Of a stretch of DNA of 64,000 bases, positions 10,901 through 20,687 are shown piece by piece (the stretch's first letter is position 1; the number at the start of each line of letters is the position of its first letter). The notes beneath the pieces are model-generated. The model saw nothing but the letters and a program-made list of their open reading frames with translations. It made no database searches and was not told the DNA's origin. Position numbers and translations under genes: made by a program. Source of the stretch: Candidatus Zhuqueibacterota bacterium (lineage in GTDB: Bacteria > Zhuqueibacterota > Zhuqueibacteria > Thermofontimicrobiales > Thermofontimicrobiaceae); the NCBI GenBank assembly GCA_049322915.1, contig JBMOPW010000044.1, positions 96,001 to 160,000 on the forward strand, written 5' to 3'.

Positions 10901-11238
10901 CGTATCGGTTCAGGAAACATGAATTAGGAAAATTGATCGGCAAACGCACCTGGGGCGGCGTCGTGGGTATTCGCGGCAGTCTGCCTCTGCTGGATGGCGG
11001 CTATTTGAATAAACCGGAATTCTCCCGCTACGATCTTGAAGGCAAGGAGTGGATCATGGAAGGTCACGGCGTGGATCCGGATATTCCTGTGGAAAACGAC
11101 CCGGCGCTGGAGTTTGCCGGCGTGGATCAGCAGTTGAATAAAGCCATCGAGGTGATCCTGGATGAATTGAAAACGCAGGAAAAGACAATCCCTGAAATTC
11201 CGCCCTACCCGGTGAAAACACCTCAGCCAAAGAAGTAA
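7948..11238 (+). CDS. Tricorn protease homolog (peptidase S41), secreted
   Basis: Signal peptide, PD40 repeats (WSPDGKWIAF), WKRYRGG, PDZ, DVRGNGGG, SASDGD, GKRTWGG. Confidence 0.95.
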   Translation: MKRILWTSLFIFLMAYCVVGQEEARLLRFPAIQKNQIVFTYAGDLYTVSADGGAARKLTNHDGIEVFPRFSSDGKWIAFTGQYDGNTEVFMMPAEGGIPKRLTFTATLGRDDLSDRMGPNNIVMGWKNGLNEIVFRSRMKSYNPFNGELYVVSTEGAMPEQLPLPRGGFCSYSPDNKKLAYNRIFREFRTWKRYRGGMADDIWVYDFASKKIENITNNPAHDIIPMWKGDKIYFLSDRDPMQRMNLYVYDLTTKTTKQLTEFSEFDIKFPSLGDNAIVFENGGYIYRFDLASQQAKKVTIFIADDKVAGRCEYKNVGSNVSNFEISPDGKRALFGARGEVFTVPAENGPTRNLTSSSGIHERNSKWSPDGKWIAFISDKSGEDEIYLVAQDGTGEQIQLTNDRDTYKYQIYWSPDSKKILWGDRLQRLRYVDIQTKKIKDVFVSKVFEMNDYTWSPDSKWIAYTRPEAEVMNRIYLYSLDQDKTFEVTEGWYASSNPVFSTDGKYLYFVSNRDFNPVYGWTEFNHIYQDMSRIYLAALTKDAESPFKPVSDEVAIKKEEAPADSKKKDDKKADAEKKQPEIAVKVDADGLSNRIIGLPIQSSGYFNLTSAGDKLYYMRRGSKDQKPLLFMYDLKKKKETELGSLNGYEISADQKKMLVSQNQTYAIIDLPQGPIKIEDKLDLSGMEIKLNHYKEWAQIYEESWRQMREFFYAPNMHGVDWVAVKEKYQPLVKHVNHRADLTYIIGEMIGELNTGHTYVGGGEMPQTKRISTGLLGAQIEKDKVSGYFQIGKILKGQNWTNANRSPLTEIGVKANEGDFILAVNGQSTKDMNNLYEALVNTVGKQVTLKINATPTEAGSHTSVVLPIADESSLYYYNWVEGNIKKVNDATDGKVGYIHVPDMGASGLNEFIKYFYPQLKKKALIIDVRGNGGGNVSPMIIERLRREAAMITMARNTVPDVNPSEQVWGPKVCLIDEFSASDGDIFPYRFRKHELGKLIGKRTWGGVVGIRGSLPLLDGGYLNKPEFSRYDLEGKEWIMEGHGVDPDIPVENDPALEFAGVDQQLNKAIEVILDELKTQEKTIPEIPPYPVKTPQPKK

Positions 11239-11252
11239 ACAATTTTCGCAGC

Positions 11253-11299
11253 GAACCTCCCGCTTCTCACAGATCGGGAATCGGGAGGTTCCCTCTTTT
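11253..11299 (+). terminator. Terminator hairpin
   Basis: GAACCTCCCG pairs with CGGGAGGTTC, followed by a pyrimidine run. Confidence 0.6.
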
Positions 11300-11439
11300 C
11301 ATCTTCAGTTACCGCTCTATGCCAACTCTCAAATCCCCTGCACAGGTCGTTTCCCTTCGTCGCTGCGGCAGCCGCATGAAAATACATTGGACAAAGACGC
11401 CGGAACTTATCGTCGCACCAGCGCCATTGTCGTGAACGG

Positions 11440-11979
11440 TCATTGTTTCGGTGGAAATTTTTCCATCACCTTTTCGACGGCGGCTAACAGATTTTTCCCG
11501 GGGTCTGACCGATCCAGCACGCCGGTCCCCACGCCGCGCCAGACCAGCTCATGCTTTCCCCGATCCACAATATCGATAATCAGTGTGCCCTGCTTGTAAT
11601 GGTAGACATGGCCCGGCGTCACCCAGCGCCGGCCGAAACGACCGATGTGATAGGTTGGCGGGGTTATCTGCGCTTTGTTTTTTGCCGTCGCGTAGAACGC
11701 AATGAGGAAATCAGCCTGTTCGGCTTCGGCGGCCTCCCGGAAACCCTTCTGCGTAAGTACGGCGCTGATTTCTCTGCCGGTCTGTTTCACAAAGAGCGGA
11801 TCTCTGATCACTGCCGGCTTCGCCATCTGCTTGTCCTGCACATCTTTTGGCGGGACAAAGTGGAAGGTTTTGTACTGGCTGAAATTGAACTGATCATCGT
11901 AGTCCACGACAACCTTCACCGAGGAACAACCAGCCAGGAACGCGAACAGGATCAATGCGAGAAAAGCATAACGTTTCAT
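11440..11979 (-). CDS. DUF4136-family lipoprotein
   Basis: Lipobox LAGC, VDYD..FSQYKTF, GTLIIDIVD..LVWRG. Confidence 0.85.
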   Translation of the reverse strand: MKRYAFLALILFAFLAGCSSVKVVVDYDDQFNFSQYKTFHFVPPKDVQDKQMAKPAVIRDPLFVKQTGREISAVLTQKGFREAAEAEQADFLIAFYATAKNKAQITPPTYHIGRFGRRWVTPGHVYHYKQGTLIIDIVDRGKHELVWRGVGTGVLDRSDPGKNLLAAVEKVMEKFPPKQ

Positions 11980-11991
11980 AGATGACTCCTT

Positions 11992-14900
11992 TCAATGAGT
12001 TGACGAATTTGCCCTACGGCTTGCCATGAATGTATCCAGAATGGCGGACATCATTTTATTCCGCCAGGTCTCTTCAATGATGGATTCAAAGGGAAATCCG
12101 AGAACGAACAGGGTGGACACCCCGGAATAGTGGATGCCGGCGCTGAACTTATTTTCCGCGTAGCGCAGCAGGGTCGTTGCACCGTTGACCGGATCGATTG
12201 CGTCCGACGACTCGACCGGATAGAGGCCGGAGACGCGGCCTGTATTGAACTGGAATTCCGAAAATCGGGGCGCGATCAGGGAGTCCGCGCAGAACACGCG
12301 CCCGGTGGCCGCGGCAAAATCGGTCTGCCACTGGAAATGCAGCGTGTATTGAGCGAATAACCGGTCAGCCGCGTGCGGGCTTCGGGCCAGGTCGCTGCCT
12401 ACAAAGGCGCCGGACACGAACAGGCATCCGCCGGATTCGCAGAACGATTGCAGGCAGTTTTGCAGCGGCGCCGGGAACGTCTGATAATTGAAGTCCCAGG
12501 GTTTCCGCGAGGCGCTTTCGAGACTATCCATTGGAAAGGGCGAGGTTTTTTCTTCGCCAAGAATTAAATCGACCATCGTGTACCGGCCAATATCCAGACA
12601 GTGCTCCATCACCGCTTCATCGCTGGCGCAGATGAACGAAGCGCCGTAATTCCGGATGGCGCGGCCGTGGATCATGGGAAAATCGAATGAGTTGCCGGGG
12701 ATCAACCGGGTCTCTAAATTGGCCTGACTCGCCCCAAATCCTGGCCCGTCATTGGAGCGAAATTTTGAAGCCGGAGAGAAATCGTATTGCGCGCCGGTGA
12801 AGTTGAACTCAAATCGATCCGGCACGCCGGGATCGATGAATCTGGCGAATCCTTTGAAATTCGGCTCATCGATCCATTGCGGGGGAGCAATCCGGTCGAA
12901 ACCATTGACGATAAGGACCGGCTGACGCGGATTTTCATTCCAGCAAACCGAGAGGATCTCCGATGGAAAACTCTCGCCGCCGTCGTTGATGGCGGTGACC
13001 TTGAAGCTGTAAATCACGCCTTTTTTGAGCGGTCCCAACGTGAATCCGGCCGAGTCGACCACGGTTCCGTTATCAAAACCTGAGTTTTCGATTCGCGTGT
13101 ACACGACATACTTTTGCGGCGCAGCGGACGGCTCCAGTGGATCGTGCACCGGCCGCCATCGGAGCGTCACTTCGGCGGAGTCTGAAAAGAACGAATGGAC
13201 ATGCGACACCGGCAATGGCTGCACCACATAATCGGCGCGGTATTGCGCGGACAGAAATTTCAACATGCCTTTGTAAATCGCGCGCGATACATCGAAGCGG
13301 AACTGCGGCGACAGCGCGTATTGCATGTCGATAAAATTTTGATGCGACAGTAATTCCAACAGGCACGATGGGACATTGGGTCGCTTCGCCTCGGCGTAGT
13401 CGGCGTTCATCAGAGCGCGCCGGGACCAGTCGGGCCGGTAGCGCGAGCGGATATCCTCCACCAGTTGGGTCTGTAAAATATCAGCCAGATCGCGATTGGC
13501 CAGCCGCGACATGCCGTCCGGGAACAAGGCGCTTGAATTGACGTCCGGAACCGAGTAAATCATGAGCGTGCCAATGGTGCTGTCGCCAATGCCGGCGTCG
13601 GTGTGAAACGAAAGCGTGGCGTCGATTGGGATGTTCAGGCCGTCGATGTCGCGATTGGCATTGGGGCCGCAGGGATCCCCTTTCAAATAATTGACGAACT
13701 CGGAGCGGCCCATGTAATCATCATTGTAGTCATTGCTGTCCGCATGAAAATTGTAAACGAGCGAATCCGGCATGCCGGCGTACTGGAGATAATAGCGGGC
13801 GCCTTCGGCGAAGCGGGGATAGCCGCTGACACAGCCGCCGCGGACGATATTGCCCATGCCTCCGCCGAAACGAACCGCATCCGCGGAGATGATTTTTCCA
13901 GGATGAGCGCTTCGATTTTCTATCGTCACTTTGCCATTTGCCGGATTAAAACCTTTTTCGAATTTGAACTGTCCCAGATACAACCAGGTATTTCCAGCCA
14001 TTTGTTGATTGACGACAAAATCGGTGCGGCCGCCGCTGTGATAGACCGAATACCGCGCATCCGGCGCGTGAAGCTCCGACGCTGTGTAGGCGATCTGAAC
14101 GCTGTAATCCCCGGTCTCAGGAATATCCGGGATCCACTCGGCGCGGGCAGTTGCCGTCGATTCGGAAAGGCAAAACCGATGGCTTCCGTGAGCGAAAGGA
14201 TTGTAGTTTACCGGGTAGGGCCGCTGACCAATGGCGAAACCGGCGCTGGCGCCTCTCTGCCATTGCCTGGCTTCGACTTCACGATATTCTCCGGCTGTGC
14301 TGGAATCGTTGTCCACAATCACTTCGTGGGTTTGAATATCCCGCTCGCGGCAGAGAAAAACAACGGCGCCGGCGTTTTCCAGCATGGGCGTCACGTAGGG
14401 CAACACAAACGCTGTGGGCAGCAAGTCCTCCACGGTGGTGAACAGACGCGGCCGCTGCCATTCCCAGCGATCATTCTCGTTGGAATAATAATAGCCATGA
14501 CTGTGCCGAATGACAATGTGCCGATTGAACAGTCCGCGCTGCGGCAGTCGATTCTCTCTGCTCGGTGAATAGAAAATCGGCGTCGATTGGGGCTGTGGCG
14601 ATATGGGCATTCGCGAAAGGTCCCAGGCAAGCGTGTCCTGTCGGTAGAAGTTGGGCACCAGGTTTTCGATGGGCTCGGTGATTGTGACAAGGTGGATGCT
14701 GAAATTTTTGAATTTCCGTCCCAGATACCTTTCGAACAACCGATAAATGGCGGCGTTCTGGTCGTCGCGAAACGGCTGGAATGAGAAGTGCTTGCTCAGA
14801 TAAATGGTGAGATCAAGTTCCTCCTGATCAATGAAGAGCGAATCAGCTTTCGAGTGAATGGGGATCGGGCCGCGGGCGTCGCCGGACATATTTTCGGCGA

Positions 14901-15051
14901 GGCAGGCGTTCACCCGCTTCAGCGCCTCGGCGGTCAGGTTTTGTTTTTTCCACGCCTGATAGTCCGCGGTGGTTTTGAACAGTCGGGCGCAGCTATTGAA
15001 AAGCGTCAGAAGAATGAGGATGGTGAAAAGAAAAAAGTGTCTCGATTTCAA
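11992..15051 (-). CDS. N-acetylmuramoyl-L-alanine amidase-like lipoprotein with golvesin/xanthan-lyase-C-like and FN3 domains
   Basis: HSHG..WQRPRLFTTVED, SADAVRFGGG, SFHTDAG, LLELLSHQN, FN3 (YSFKVTAINDGGES). Start moved to TTG 15051 behind RBS AAGGGAG, because the track's ATG at 15093 lies inside a MITE. Confidence 0.75.
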   Translation of the reverse strand: MKSRHFFLFTILILLTLFNSCARLFKTTADYQAWKKQNLTAEALKRVNACLAENMSGDARGPIPIHSKADSLFIDQEELDLTIYLSKHFSFQPFRDDQNAAIYRLFERYLGRKFKNFSIHLVTITEPIENLVPNFYRQDTLAWDLSRMPISPQPQSTPIFYSPSRENRLPQRGLFNRHIVIRHSHGYYYSNENDRWEWQRPRLFTTVEDLLPTAFVLPYVTPMLENAGAVVFLCRERDIQTHEVIVDNDSSTAGEYREVEARQWQRGASAGFAIGQRPYPVNYNPFAHGSHRFCLSESTATARAEWIPDIPETGDYSVQIAYTASELHAPDARYSVYHSGGRTDFVVNQQMAGNTWLYLGQFKFEKGFNPANGKVTIENRSAHPGKIISADAVRFGGGMGNIVRGGCVSGYPRFAEGARYYLQYAGMPDSLVYNFHADSNDYNDDYMGRSEFVNYLKGDPCGPNANRDIDGLNIPIDATLSFHTDAGIGDSTIGTLMIYSVPDVNSSALFPDGMSRLANRDLADILQTQLVEDIRSRYRPDWSRRALMNADYAEAKRPNVPSCLLELLSHQNFIDMQYALSPQFRFDVSRAIYKGMLKFLSAQYRADYVVQPLPVSHVHSFFSDSAEVTLRWRPVHDPLEPSAAPQKYVVYTRIENSGFDNGTVVDSAGFTLGPLKKGVIYSFKVTAINDGGESFPSEILSVCWNENPRQPVLIVNGFDRIAPPQWIDEPNFKGFARFIDPGVPDRFEFNFTGAQYDFSPASKFRSNDGPGFGASQANLETRLIPGNSFDFPMIHGRAIRNYGASFICASDEAVMEHCLDIGRYTMVDLILGEEKTSPFPMDSLESASRKPWDFNYQTFPAPLQNCLQSFCESGGCLFVSGAFVGSDLARSPHAADRLFAQYTLHFQWQTDFAAATGRVFCADSLIAPRFSEFQFNTGRVSGLYPVESSDAIDPVNGATTLLRYAENKFSAGIHYSGVSTLFVLGFPFESIIEETWRNKMMSAILDTFMASRRANSSTH

Positions 15052-15086
15052 TGGTTCTCCCTTCCCAAAAATCGTGATTGCTTCAG

Positions 15087-15247
15087 CCTGCATTATTCAT
15101 AGTATTTTTAAAGGAGGCTGGCTAACCTGAATGGTGCTCTTTTTAGAATAAATGTATAAAAACTGAGTTTCAAAATAGCTTAGCCTTTAGCTAATTGAAA
15201 ATCTGAATGTTGACTCAAATTCTGAGCAAGTTCATGAATAATTCAGG
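15087..15247. mobile_element. 161-bp MITE, copy 1 (IS1380-like terminal inverted repeats)
   Basis: Ends CCTGCATTATTCAT / ATGAATAATTCAGG; near-identical copy at 35481-35641; flanks TCAG/TTAG. Confidence 0.85.
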
Positions 15248-15816
15248 TTAGAGATGATGACACGCCGCGACCAGTCTGAACCGGCGGTCGAAAGCGTCTG
15301 AAAAGCAGGGCGCTTTCATATTCATCAGGAATGCCTGTCGGCGACGCCCTTTATCGTGAAGATTTGGAAACGCGGCGTTGAAATTCCGCGCGATCGTCCT
15401 GATGGCGGATTGTCGATTGATATATGATAAAAATTTTGAGGAATAATCCAAGATATTTTTTGGTAATTATTCGGCCCTGCGTTGGGAATTCTTTCAGCGA
15501 CGATGGAACTTAAAATATCTTCGGGTCGTTATAAGTGTTGACATTTTTTTGATGCACTAACAATATATCGAATTTATTGAATGTTATCGACTTTTATTTC
15601 CGGGGTGTTCAACAACTGGAGGGCGTTTTTATTTGATAAAAGTTCTGCTTGATGATCTCGCGCATTATAACTCCTTTTAATAAATAATCAAATCAACTTC
15701 GGAATGTCAACGGAATCACACGGCAATTCGCAACGCCGAGTTGCAGACATCGTGCAATCACTGGTTCGGTTCGCATTCCTGATTCCTGAATTTGAATCGT
15801 AACAGAGGGATACGTT

Positions 15817-16815
15817 ATGATTGAATTGAAACACGTCAGTAAAAACTATGGACTCACAAAGGCGCTGGATGATGTCAGCTTCTCCGTGAAAAAAGGGGAG
15901 ATCGTCGGCTTTGTGGGACCGAACGGCGCCGGGAAATCGACGGCCATGAAAATCATTACGACTTATACCGCTCCGACGTCCGGGACGGCTTCCGTGGGTG
16001 GTTTCGATGTGCTGGCAAATCCCATCGACGTTCGAAAACTAATCGGCTACCTGCCGGAAACTGTGCCTCTCTATTATGACATGCTCGTCTCCGAGTATCT
16101 GGAATTTATCGGTGAAGCGCGGCATCTGAATGGGCAATTCAAGCCGCGGTTCGATTGGGTGGTGCAGGCCACCGGATTGGGTTCGGTTCTCAAACGGAAA
16201 ATTGGCGTTCTCTCCAAAGGGTACAAACAGCGAACCTGTCTGGCCCAGGCGCTCATTCACGATCCGGATGTCCTGATTCTTGATGAGCCGACTTCGGGTC
16301 TGGATCCGCTCCAGATCATTGGGATACGCAATCTGATCAAAGACCTGGCCCACGAAAAGACCATTATTCTGAGCACGCACATCCTGCCGGAAGTGGCCAC
16401 GATTTCGGATCGCATCCTCGTTATCAATGGCGGCAAGATCGTCGCTGACGGTACATTTGAGGAGTTGCGGCAGAAAGTGACGGAGCGGCGCTCGCTTTAT
16501 CTGGCCGTTCGCGCCACCAAAAAGGATTTTGAAACAGCGATCAAATCGATTCCTGAAATTCAGGACATGCAGTACGATGGCTCTGTGCCTCGCGGCGTTG
16601 TTGGCTACCACCTGTACGCGTCGTCCAAAACCGATCTCGTCCCCAAACTGAACGAATTGATACGTGATAACAAATGGGATATTGTGGAATTTCAACAGGA
16701 AAAATTATCATTGGAAGATTCATTCATTCGGTTGACCCAGACGAAACATAGTCCGGCAGAAGCGCATGCCGGGGCCGCGAATCATTCTGAAACCGAGAAA
16801 GGAGGTGACGCATGA
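15817..16815 (+). CDS. ABC transporter ATP-binding protein (GldA-like)
   Basis: GPNGAGKST, LSKGYKQR, ILDEPTSGLDP. Confidence 0.92.
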   Translation: MIELKHVSKNYGLTKALDDVSFSVKKGEIVGFVGPNGAGKSTAMKIITTYTAPTSGTASVGGFDVLANPIDVRKLIGYLPETVPLYYDMLVSEYLEFIGEARHLNGQFKPRFDWVVQATGLGSVLKRKIGVLSKGYKQRTCLAQALIHDPDVLILDEPTSGLDPLQIIGIRNLIKDLAHEKTIILSTHILPEVATISDRILVINGGKIVADGTFEELRQKVTERRSLYLAVRATKKDFETAIKSIPEIQDMQYDGSVPRGVVGYHLYASSKTDLVPKLNELIRDNKWDIVEFQQEKLSLEDSFIRLTQTKHSPAEAHAGAANHSETEKGGDA

Positions 16816-17540
16816 AGGATATTGGAATCATTTTTCGCCGCGAATTTCGAACCTATTTTTATTCGCCCATTGCGTATGTCTTCAGCATCATTTTTATCAT
16901 TTTGAATTCAGGCCTGTACATGTTCCATTTCTTCTTCTTTGGCACAGCGGATATGCGCGCCTTTTTTTCATCCCTGCCATTGACGCTGGGATTGATTTTC
17001 ATCCCGGCAATTTCCATGCGACTTTGGTCCGAAGAACACAAATTAGGCACGGTGGAGCTATTGCTCACCCTGCCCATGAAAACCGAGCACATTGTACTGG
17101 GAAAATTTTTCGCCAGCTTCTTGTTCTATCTGGTGGCGCTGGCCGGAACGCTGGTCATTCCCATCATGCTGGTGATTCTGGGCAAACCGGATTTCGGGCC
17201 GATTTTCGGTGGTTATTTCGGCGCGATTCTGTTGGGAGCGTTTTTCCTGGCAGTGGGAATTTTCATCTCCAGCTTCTTCGCAGATCAGATCGTCTCGCTC
17301 ATCATCACCAGCCTCGCCTGCGGCTTTCTGGCGATCATCGGCTGGCAATATGTCCCCATGGTCATTGATGGCTGGGTATCCGGTCTGGGAGAATTTCTGT
17401 ACAATTATGTCGGCGTCACCCGGCATTTCAATGATATCGAGCGCGGGGTCGTTGATCTGAAAAGCATCATTTATTTTCTGTCCTTTACGGTTTTATTCCT
17501 CTATCTGAACGCCAAGTCACTGGAAAGGAGGAAATTCTAA
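16812..17540 (+). CDS. ABC-2 permease (GldF-like)
   Basis: YFYSPIAY, PAISMRLWSEE..GTVELLLTLP..IVLGKF. Confidence 0.9.
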   Translation: MKDIGIIFRREFRTYFYSPIAYVFSIIFIILNSGLYMFHFFFFGTADMRAFFSSLPLTLGLIFIPAISMRLWSEEHKLGTVELLLTLPMKTEHIVLGKFFASFLFYLVALAGTLVIPIMLVILGKPDFGPIFGGYFGAILLGAFFLAVGIFISSFFADQIVSLIITSLACGFLAIIGWQYVPMVIDGWVSGLGEFLYNYVGVTRHFNDIERGVVDLKSIIYFLSFTVLFLYLNAKSLERRKF

Positions 17541-17542
17541 TC

Positions 17543-19345
17543 ATGAAAAATTTGAAAAAGCAATTCATCCAGTCTTTTGTCATCGGCGCGGCGCTGCTCG
17601 CCGGCATAGTTATTTTAGTCAACATGATTTTTGATAATATCAATATTGGTCGTTTCGATCTGACAGCCAACCAGATGTTCAATATCTCCCCATCAGTCGA
17701 GAAGATTTTGAGCGATCTGGAAGCGCCGATTGATCTGACCTATTACGTATCTTCATCGGAAAAAATGCCGACGCAGTGGAAAAACCTGGAGCGGGATGTC
17801 ATTGATAAATTGAAGGAATTGAAACTCGCCTCCAAAGGAAAACTGAATTACACAGTCTTTGATCCATCGGTTGAGGAAGAGAAGGAAGCCTTTGAAGAGG
17901 CAAAGCAGGAAGAAGGAAAAGACGTTCTGGGTCAGGATCAAAAATCCCAGATCACCCGGAAGAAAATTGCAGAGCAACTCTATGAACGCGGCGTAATTCC
18001 TTTTGGAGTGCAAAGCGCCCAGCGCGATGAGTTTGCTGTCAAACGCGTCTACTCCTCCATTGTGCTTTCGTACCTGGATCGCAAAGAGGACGTTATCGCT
18101 GAGGTTCGGCCGGAGACATTCGGGAATCTCGAGTATGAAATCATGACCCGAATTTATAAACTGATTTCCAATAAGCGACCGCGGTTGGCATTTTATCCCG
18201 GCAAACCGGAAGCGCCGCAATATCAGCAGTATTACCAGCAGGGGCCGCCGCCGGACATGTACGAATTTGCCGTGCAATTGCTCAAAGAATCAGGCTACGA
18301 TGTGGTGCGTACGAACATCACCCGGGATGATCCCATTCCCGAGGGCATTCAAACCATGGTGCTGATGATCGATGAATATTTGAACGAGCGACAGCTCTAT
18401 GAAATCGATAAGCTGGTTCATAAAGGCGTGCGGGTGATTCTGGCCGGACAGCAGTACAATTACCGCATCGCTCCATCGCGCAACAACCCAGGCCAGTTCG
18501 ATCTGGTCGGAATGCCATCGCGGTTGAATATGAACAAGCTCACCAAGAATTGGGGCTTTGAACTGGATCAATCAATGTTCATGGATAAAAGCACCGCGTA
18601 CATTCAGGTGCCGGTGTATCAGACCCGCAAAATGGGATTTTTCCAGATACAGGAGCAGCGGTATGAACCGGTGACAAAGCCTGTGATCATCAAAGTCAAT
18701 GCTGAAAACATCAATTCCGATCTATCCATTTCCAATAAAATATCGGAGCTGTTTTATATGTACGGCGGGCGCTTGCTCGTCAATGAAGATGCAATGAAAG
18801 AGCAGAAGCTGAACGCGCGGACGCTATTCACATCGAGCAATGTGAGCTGGACGCGCGAGGGTCATGGCTACGGCCCGATAAATGAAGCGCCGCCGGCAGA
18901 GGAAGACCTGCTGAGACATCAGCCGCTGGGAATACTGGTCGAGGGCAAATTCAAACCCACGTATGTGGATCAGAATATTCCGAAATGGCAGGCGCAGCCA
19001 GGCCCGGATGCCGATGCGGCTTCAACGGCAGATCCTGAGCTCCCATCCGAAATAGTCGGCGATCCCAGAGAGACCAAGATCATTGCCATGGGCTGTTCCA
19101 ATATGTTCAAGAGCGATGTGCTGCAATCTGTGAACAGCCATAAGTTCCTGTTGCTCAACAGCGTGGATGCGCTCACGCTGGGCGATGAACTGATCAATAT
19201 TCGTTCTAAAAATATTTCGGCTCGCACGATTAAAACAACCAGCAGCGTTGGAAAAGCAATGGCCAAAGCCTTTGTTGTCTGGTTCCCACCGCTGGTGTTC
19301 GTCGCGCTTGGAATTTTCATTACAATCAAACGGAAGAAAGAATAG
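17543..19345 (+). CDS. GldG-like ABC auxiliary protein
   Basis: RFDLTANQMFNIS, LEYEI, LLLNSVDAL..DELINIRSK, terminal TM helices. Confidence 0.85.
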   Translation: MKNLKKQFIQSFVIGAALLAGIVILVNMIFDNINIGRFDLTANQMFNISPSVEKILSDLEAPIDLTYYVSSSEKMPTQWKNLERDVIDKLKELKLASKGKLNYTVFDPSVEEEKEAFEEAKQEEGKDVLGQDQKSQITRKKIAEQLYERGVIPFGVQSAQRDEFAVKRVYSSIVLSYLDRKEDVIAEVRPETFGNLEYEIMTRIYKLISNKRPRLAFYPGKPEAPQYQQYYQQGPPPDMYEFAVQLLKESGYDVVRTNITRDDPIPEGIQTMVLMIDEYLNERQLYEIDKLVHKGVRVILAGQQYNYRIAPSRNNPGQFDLVGMPSRLNMNKLTKNWGFELDQSMFMDKSTAYIQVPVYQTRKMGFFQIQEQRYEPVTKPVIIKVNAENINSDLSISNKISELFYMYGGRLLVNEDAMKEQKLNARTLFTSSNVSWTREGHGYGPINEAPPAEEDLLRHQPLGILVEGKFKPTYVDQNIPKWQAQPGPDADAASTADPELPSEIVGDPRETKIIAMGCSNMFKSDVLQSVNSHKFLLLNSVDALTLGDELINIRSKNISARTIKTTSSVGKAMAKAFVVWFPPLVFVALGIFITIKRKKE

Positions 19346-19412
19346 ATACGCATCATAATACAAAGTATAATTTTTCCAAAAGTTATGTGAATCATTTAAG
19401 AGGGACTGTTCA

Positions 19413-20474
19413 ATGAAAGAAAAACATCTGTATATTTTGGCCGGTGTTTTTGTATTCTTGTTGATTATACAATTTGTAACAAAGCCCAGGCACACCAGCG
19501 TCAATCTGGATGATTTTGTTCAGAGCATCCTCATTGGCGTGTCCAGGGATGATGTGCGCAATATTGAAATCTACAAACAAATAGCCGGAAAAGAAGCCCT
19601 CCAGATGCAATTCGCCCGGGTTGAAGACAAATGGTTCATCCCGACGTACTTCAATTGCAAGGCGCAGAAAAGCCGCATCGACCAATTGCTGGATAATCTG
19701 ATCGAAATGACCGGCAAGGTGCGGTCTTCAGATCCCAAGCATTTCGAAAAATATCTCATCTCGGATGAACAGGGAATTCATCTCATTCTGAAGGACGAAG
19801 CCGATAAGCCGCTGGCGAATTTGATACTCGGGAAAAAGGGCGAGGACGCAAACACCGGATTTGTACGTTTTGGCGGAAAAGAGAAAGTCTATTTTGTGGA
19901 CAAAAACATCCTGTCCCAGCTTGGCATTTACGGCGAAATTGATACCGTATCAGTTTTCAAATACAGCTCTTTCGTGGATTTGCAGGCTGTCGATGAAAAC
20001 GAGGTCAACTATGCCATGGTCGGGTTGGTCGCCAATGGCAAACAGATGGTATTGAAGAAAAATGAAAAACAGGTGGAAGTGACCAATGCCGACTCGACAA
20101 AGTCGACGAAAACCGAATATGAATGGGTGCTGCTGGAAGGGCGGATGAAAGAAAAGGCGCTCGATAAAAAAGAGGTAGCCAACTTTTTCCGCGATGTCAC
20201 CAAAATCCGGGGCACGGAAATCGTTGACCGCATTGGCAACACCCTGGGCGACTTGAACAAGAGCGCCCGGTATGGTTTCTCCCGCGCCAGCAATCAGATC
20301 GTTTTTGTGGATGCGGAGAACAACCAGAAAAACATCATCTTTGGCAAAGAATATGAAAAAGACAAGGGCTATTACATGAACATCCGCGAAGATGGATTGA
20401 TTTACAAAGTCAGCAAAAGCACCTACGATAAAATCTTCAAATGGATGGAAGACTTGCCAAAGAAAAAAGTATGA
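19413..20474 (+). CDS. DUF4340-like membrane-anchored protein
   Basis: N-terminal TM; usual position after gldA/F/G-like genes; LILGK...FVR..VY. Confidence 0.7.
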   Translation: MKEKHLYILAGVFVFLLIIQFVTKPRHTSVNLDDFVQSILIGVSRDDVRNIEIYKQIAGKEALQMQFARVEDKWFIPTYFNCKAQKSRIDQLLDNLIEMTGKVRSSDPKHFEKYLISDEQGIHLILKDEADKPLANLILGKKGEDANTGFVRFGGKEKVYFVDKNILSQLGIYGEIDTVSVFKYSSFVDLQAVDENEVNYAMVGLVANGKQMVLKKNEKQVEVTNADSTKSTKTEYEWVLLEGRMKEKALDKKEVANFFRDVTKIRGTEIVDRIGNTLGDLNKSARYGFSRASNQIVFVDAENNQKNIIFGKEYEKDKGYYMNIREDGLIYKVSKSTYDKIFKWMEDLPKKKV

Positions 20475-20498
20475 TCCCATCGAAATAAATTCAATGAG

Positions 20499-20532
20499 AA
20501 AGCCATGTTGATATTTCAGCATGGCTTTTTTT
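20499..20532 (+). terminator. Rho-independent terminator
   Basis: AAAGCCATGTTGA pairs with TCAGCATGGCTTT, followed by Ts. Confidence 0.85.
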
Positions 20533-20535
20533 ATA

Positions 20536-20564
20536 TTGCATTCTGCGAATATTTTTTCTATGTT
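20536..20564 (+). promoter_or_regulatory. sigma70-type promoter
   Basis: TTGCAT-N17-TATGTT upstream of 20688. Confidence 0.45.
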
Positions 20565-20687
20565 ATGCCTAACGAGACTGAACCTTTATTTCTTTCGGGC
20601 TGTCTTCTCATTTCAATTGTCATACCACCCACCAGGTATTCAAATTTGTTTTTCGAATTAGCTTCTCTATAATTTTGGAGGCTTGCA

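Noticed and set aside
13603..14568. 321-aa + strand ORF, and the many other long antisense ORFs (e.g. 8683-9747, 9868-10695, 43102-43983)
   Set aside because: Shadows of well-supported genes on the opposite strand, with no recognisable motifs
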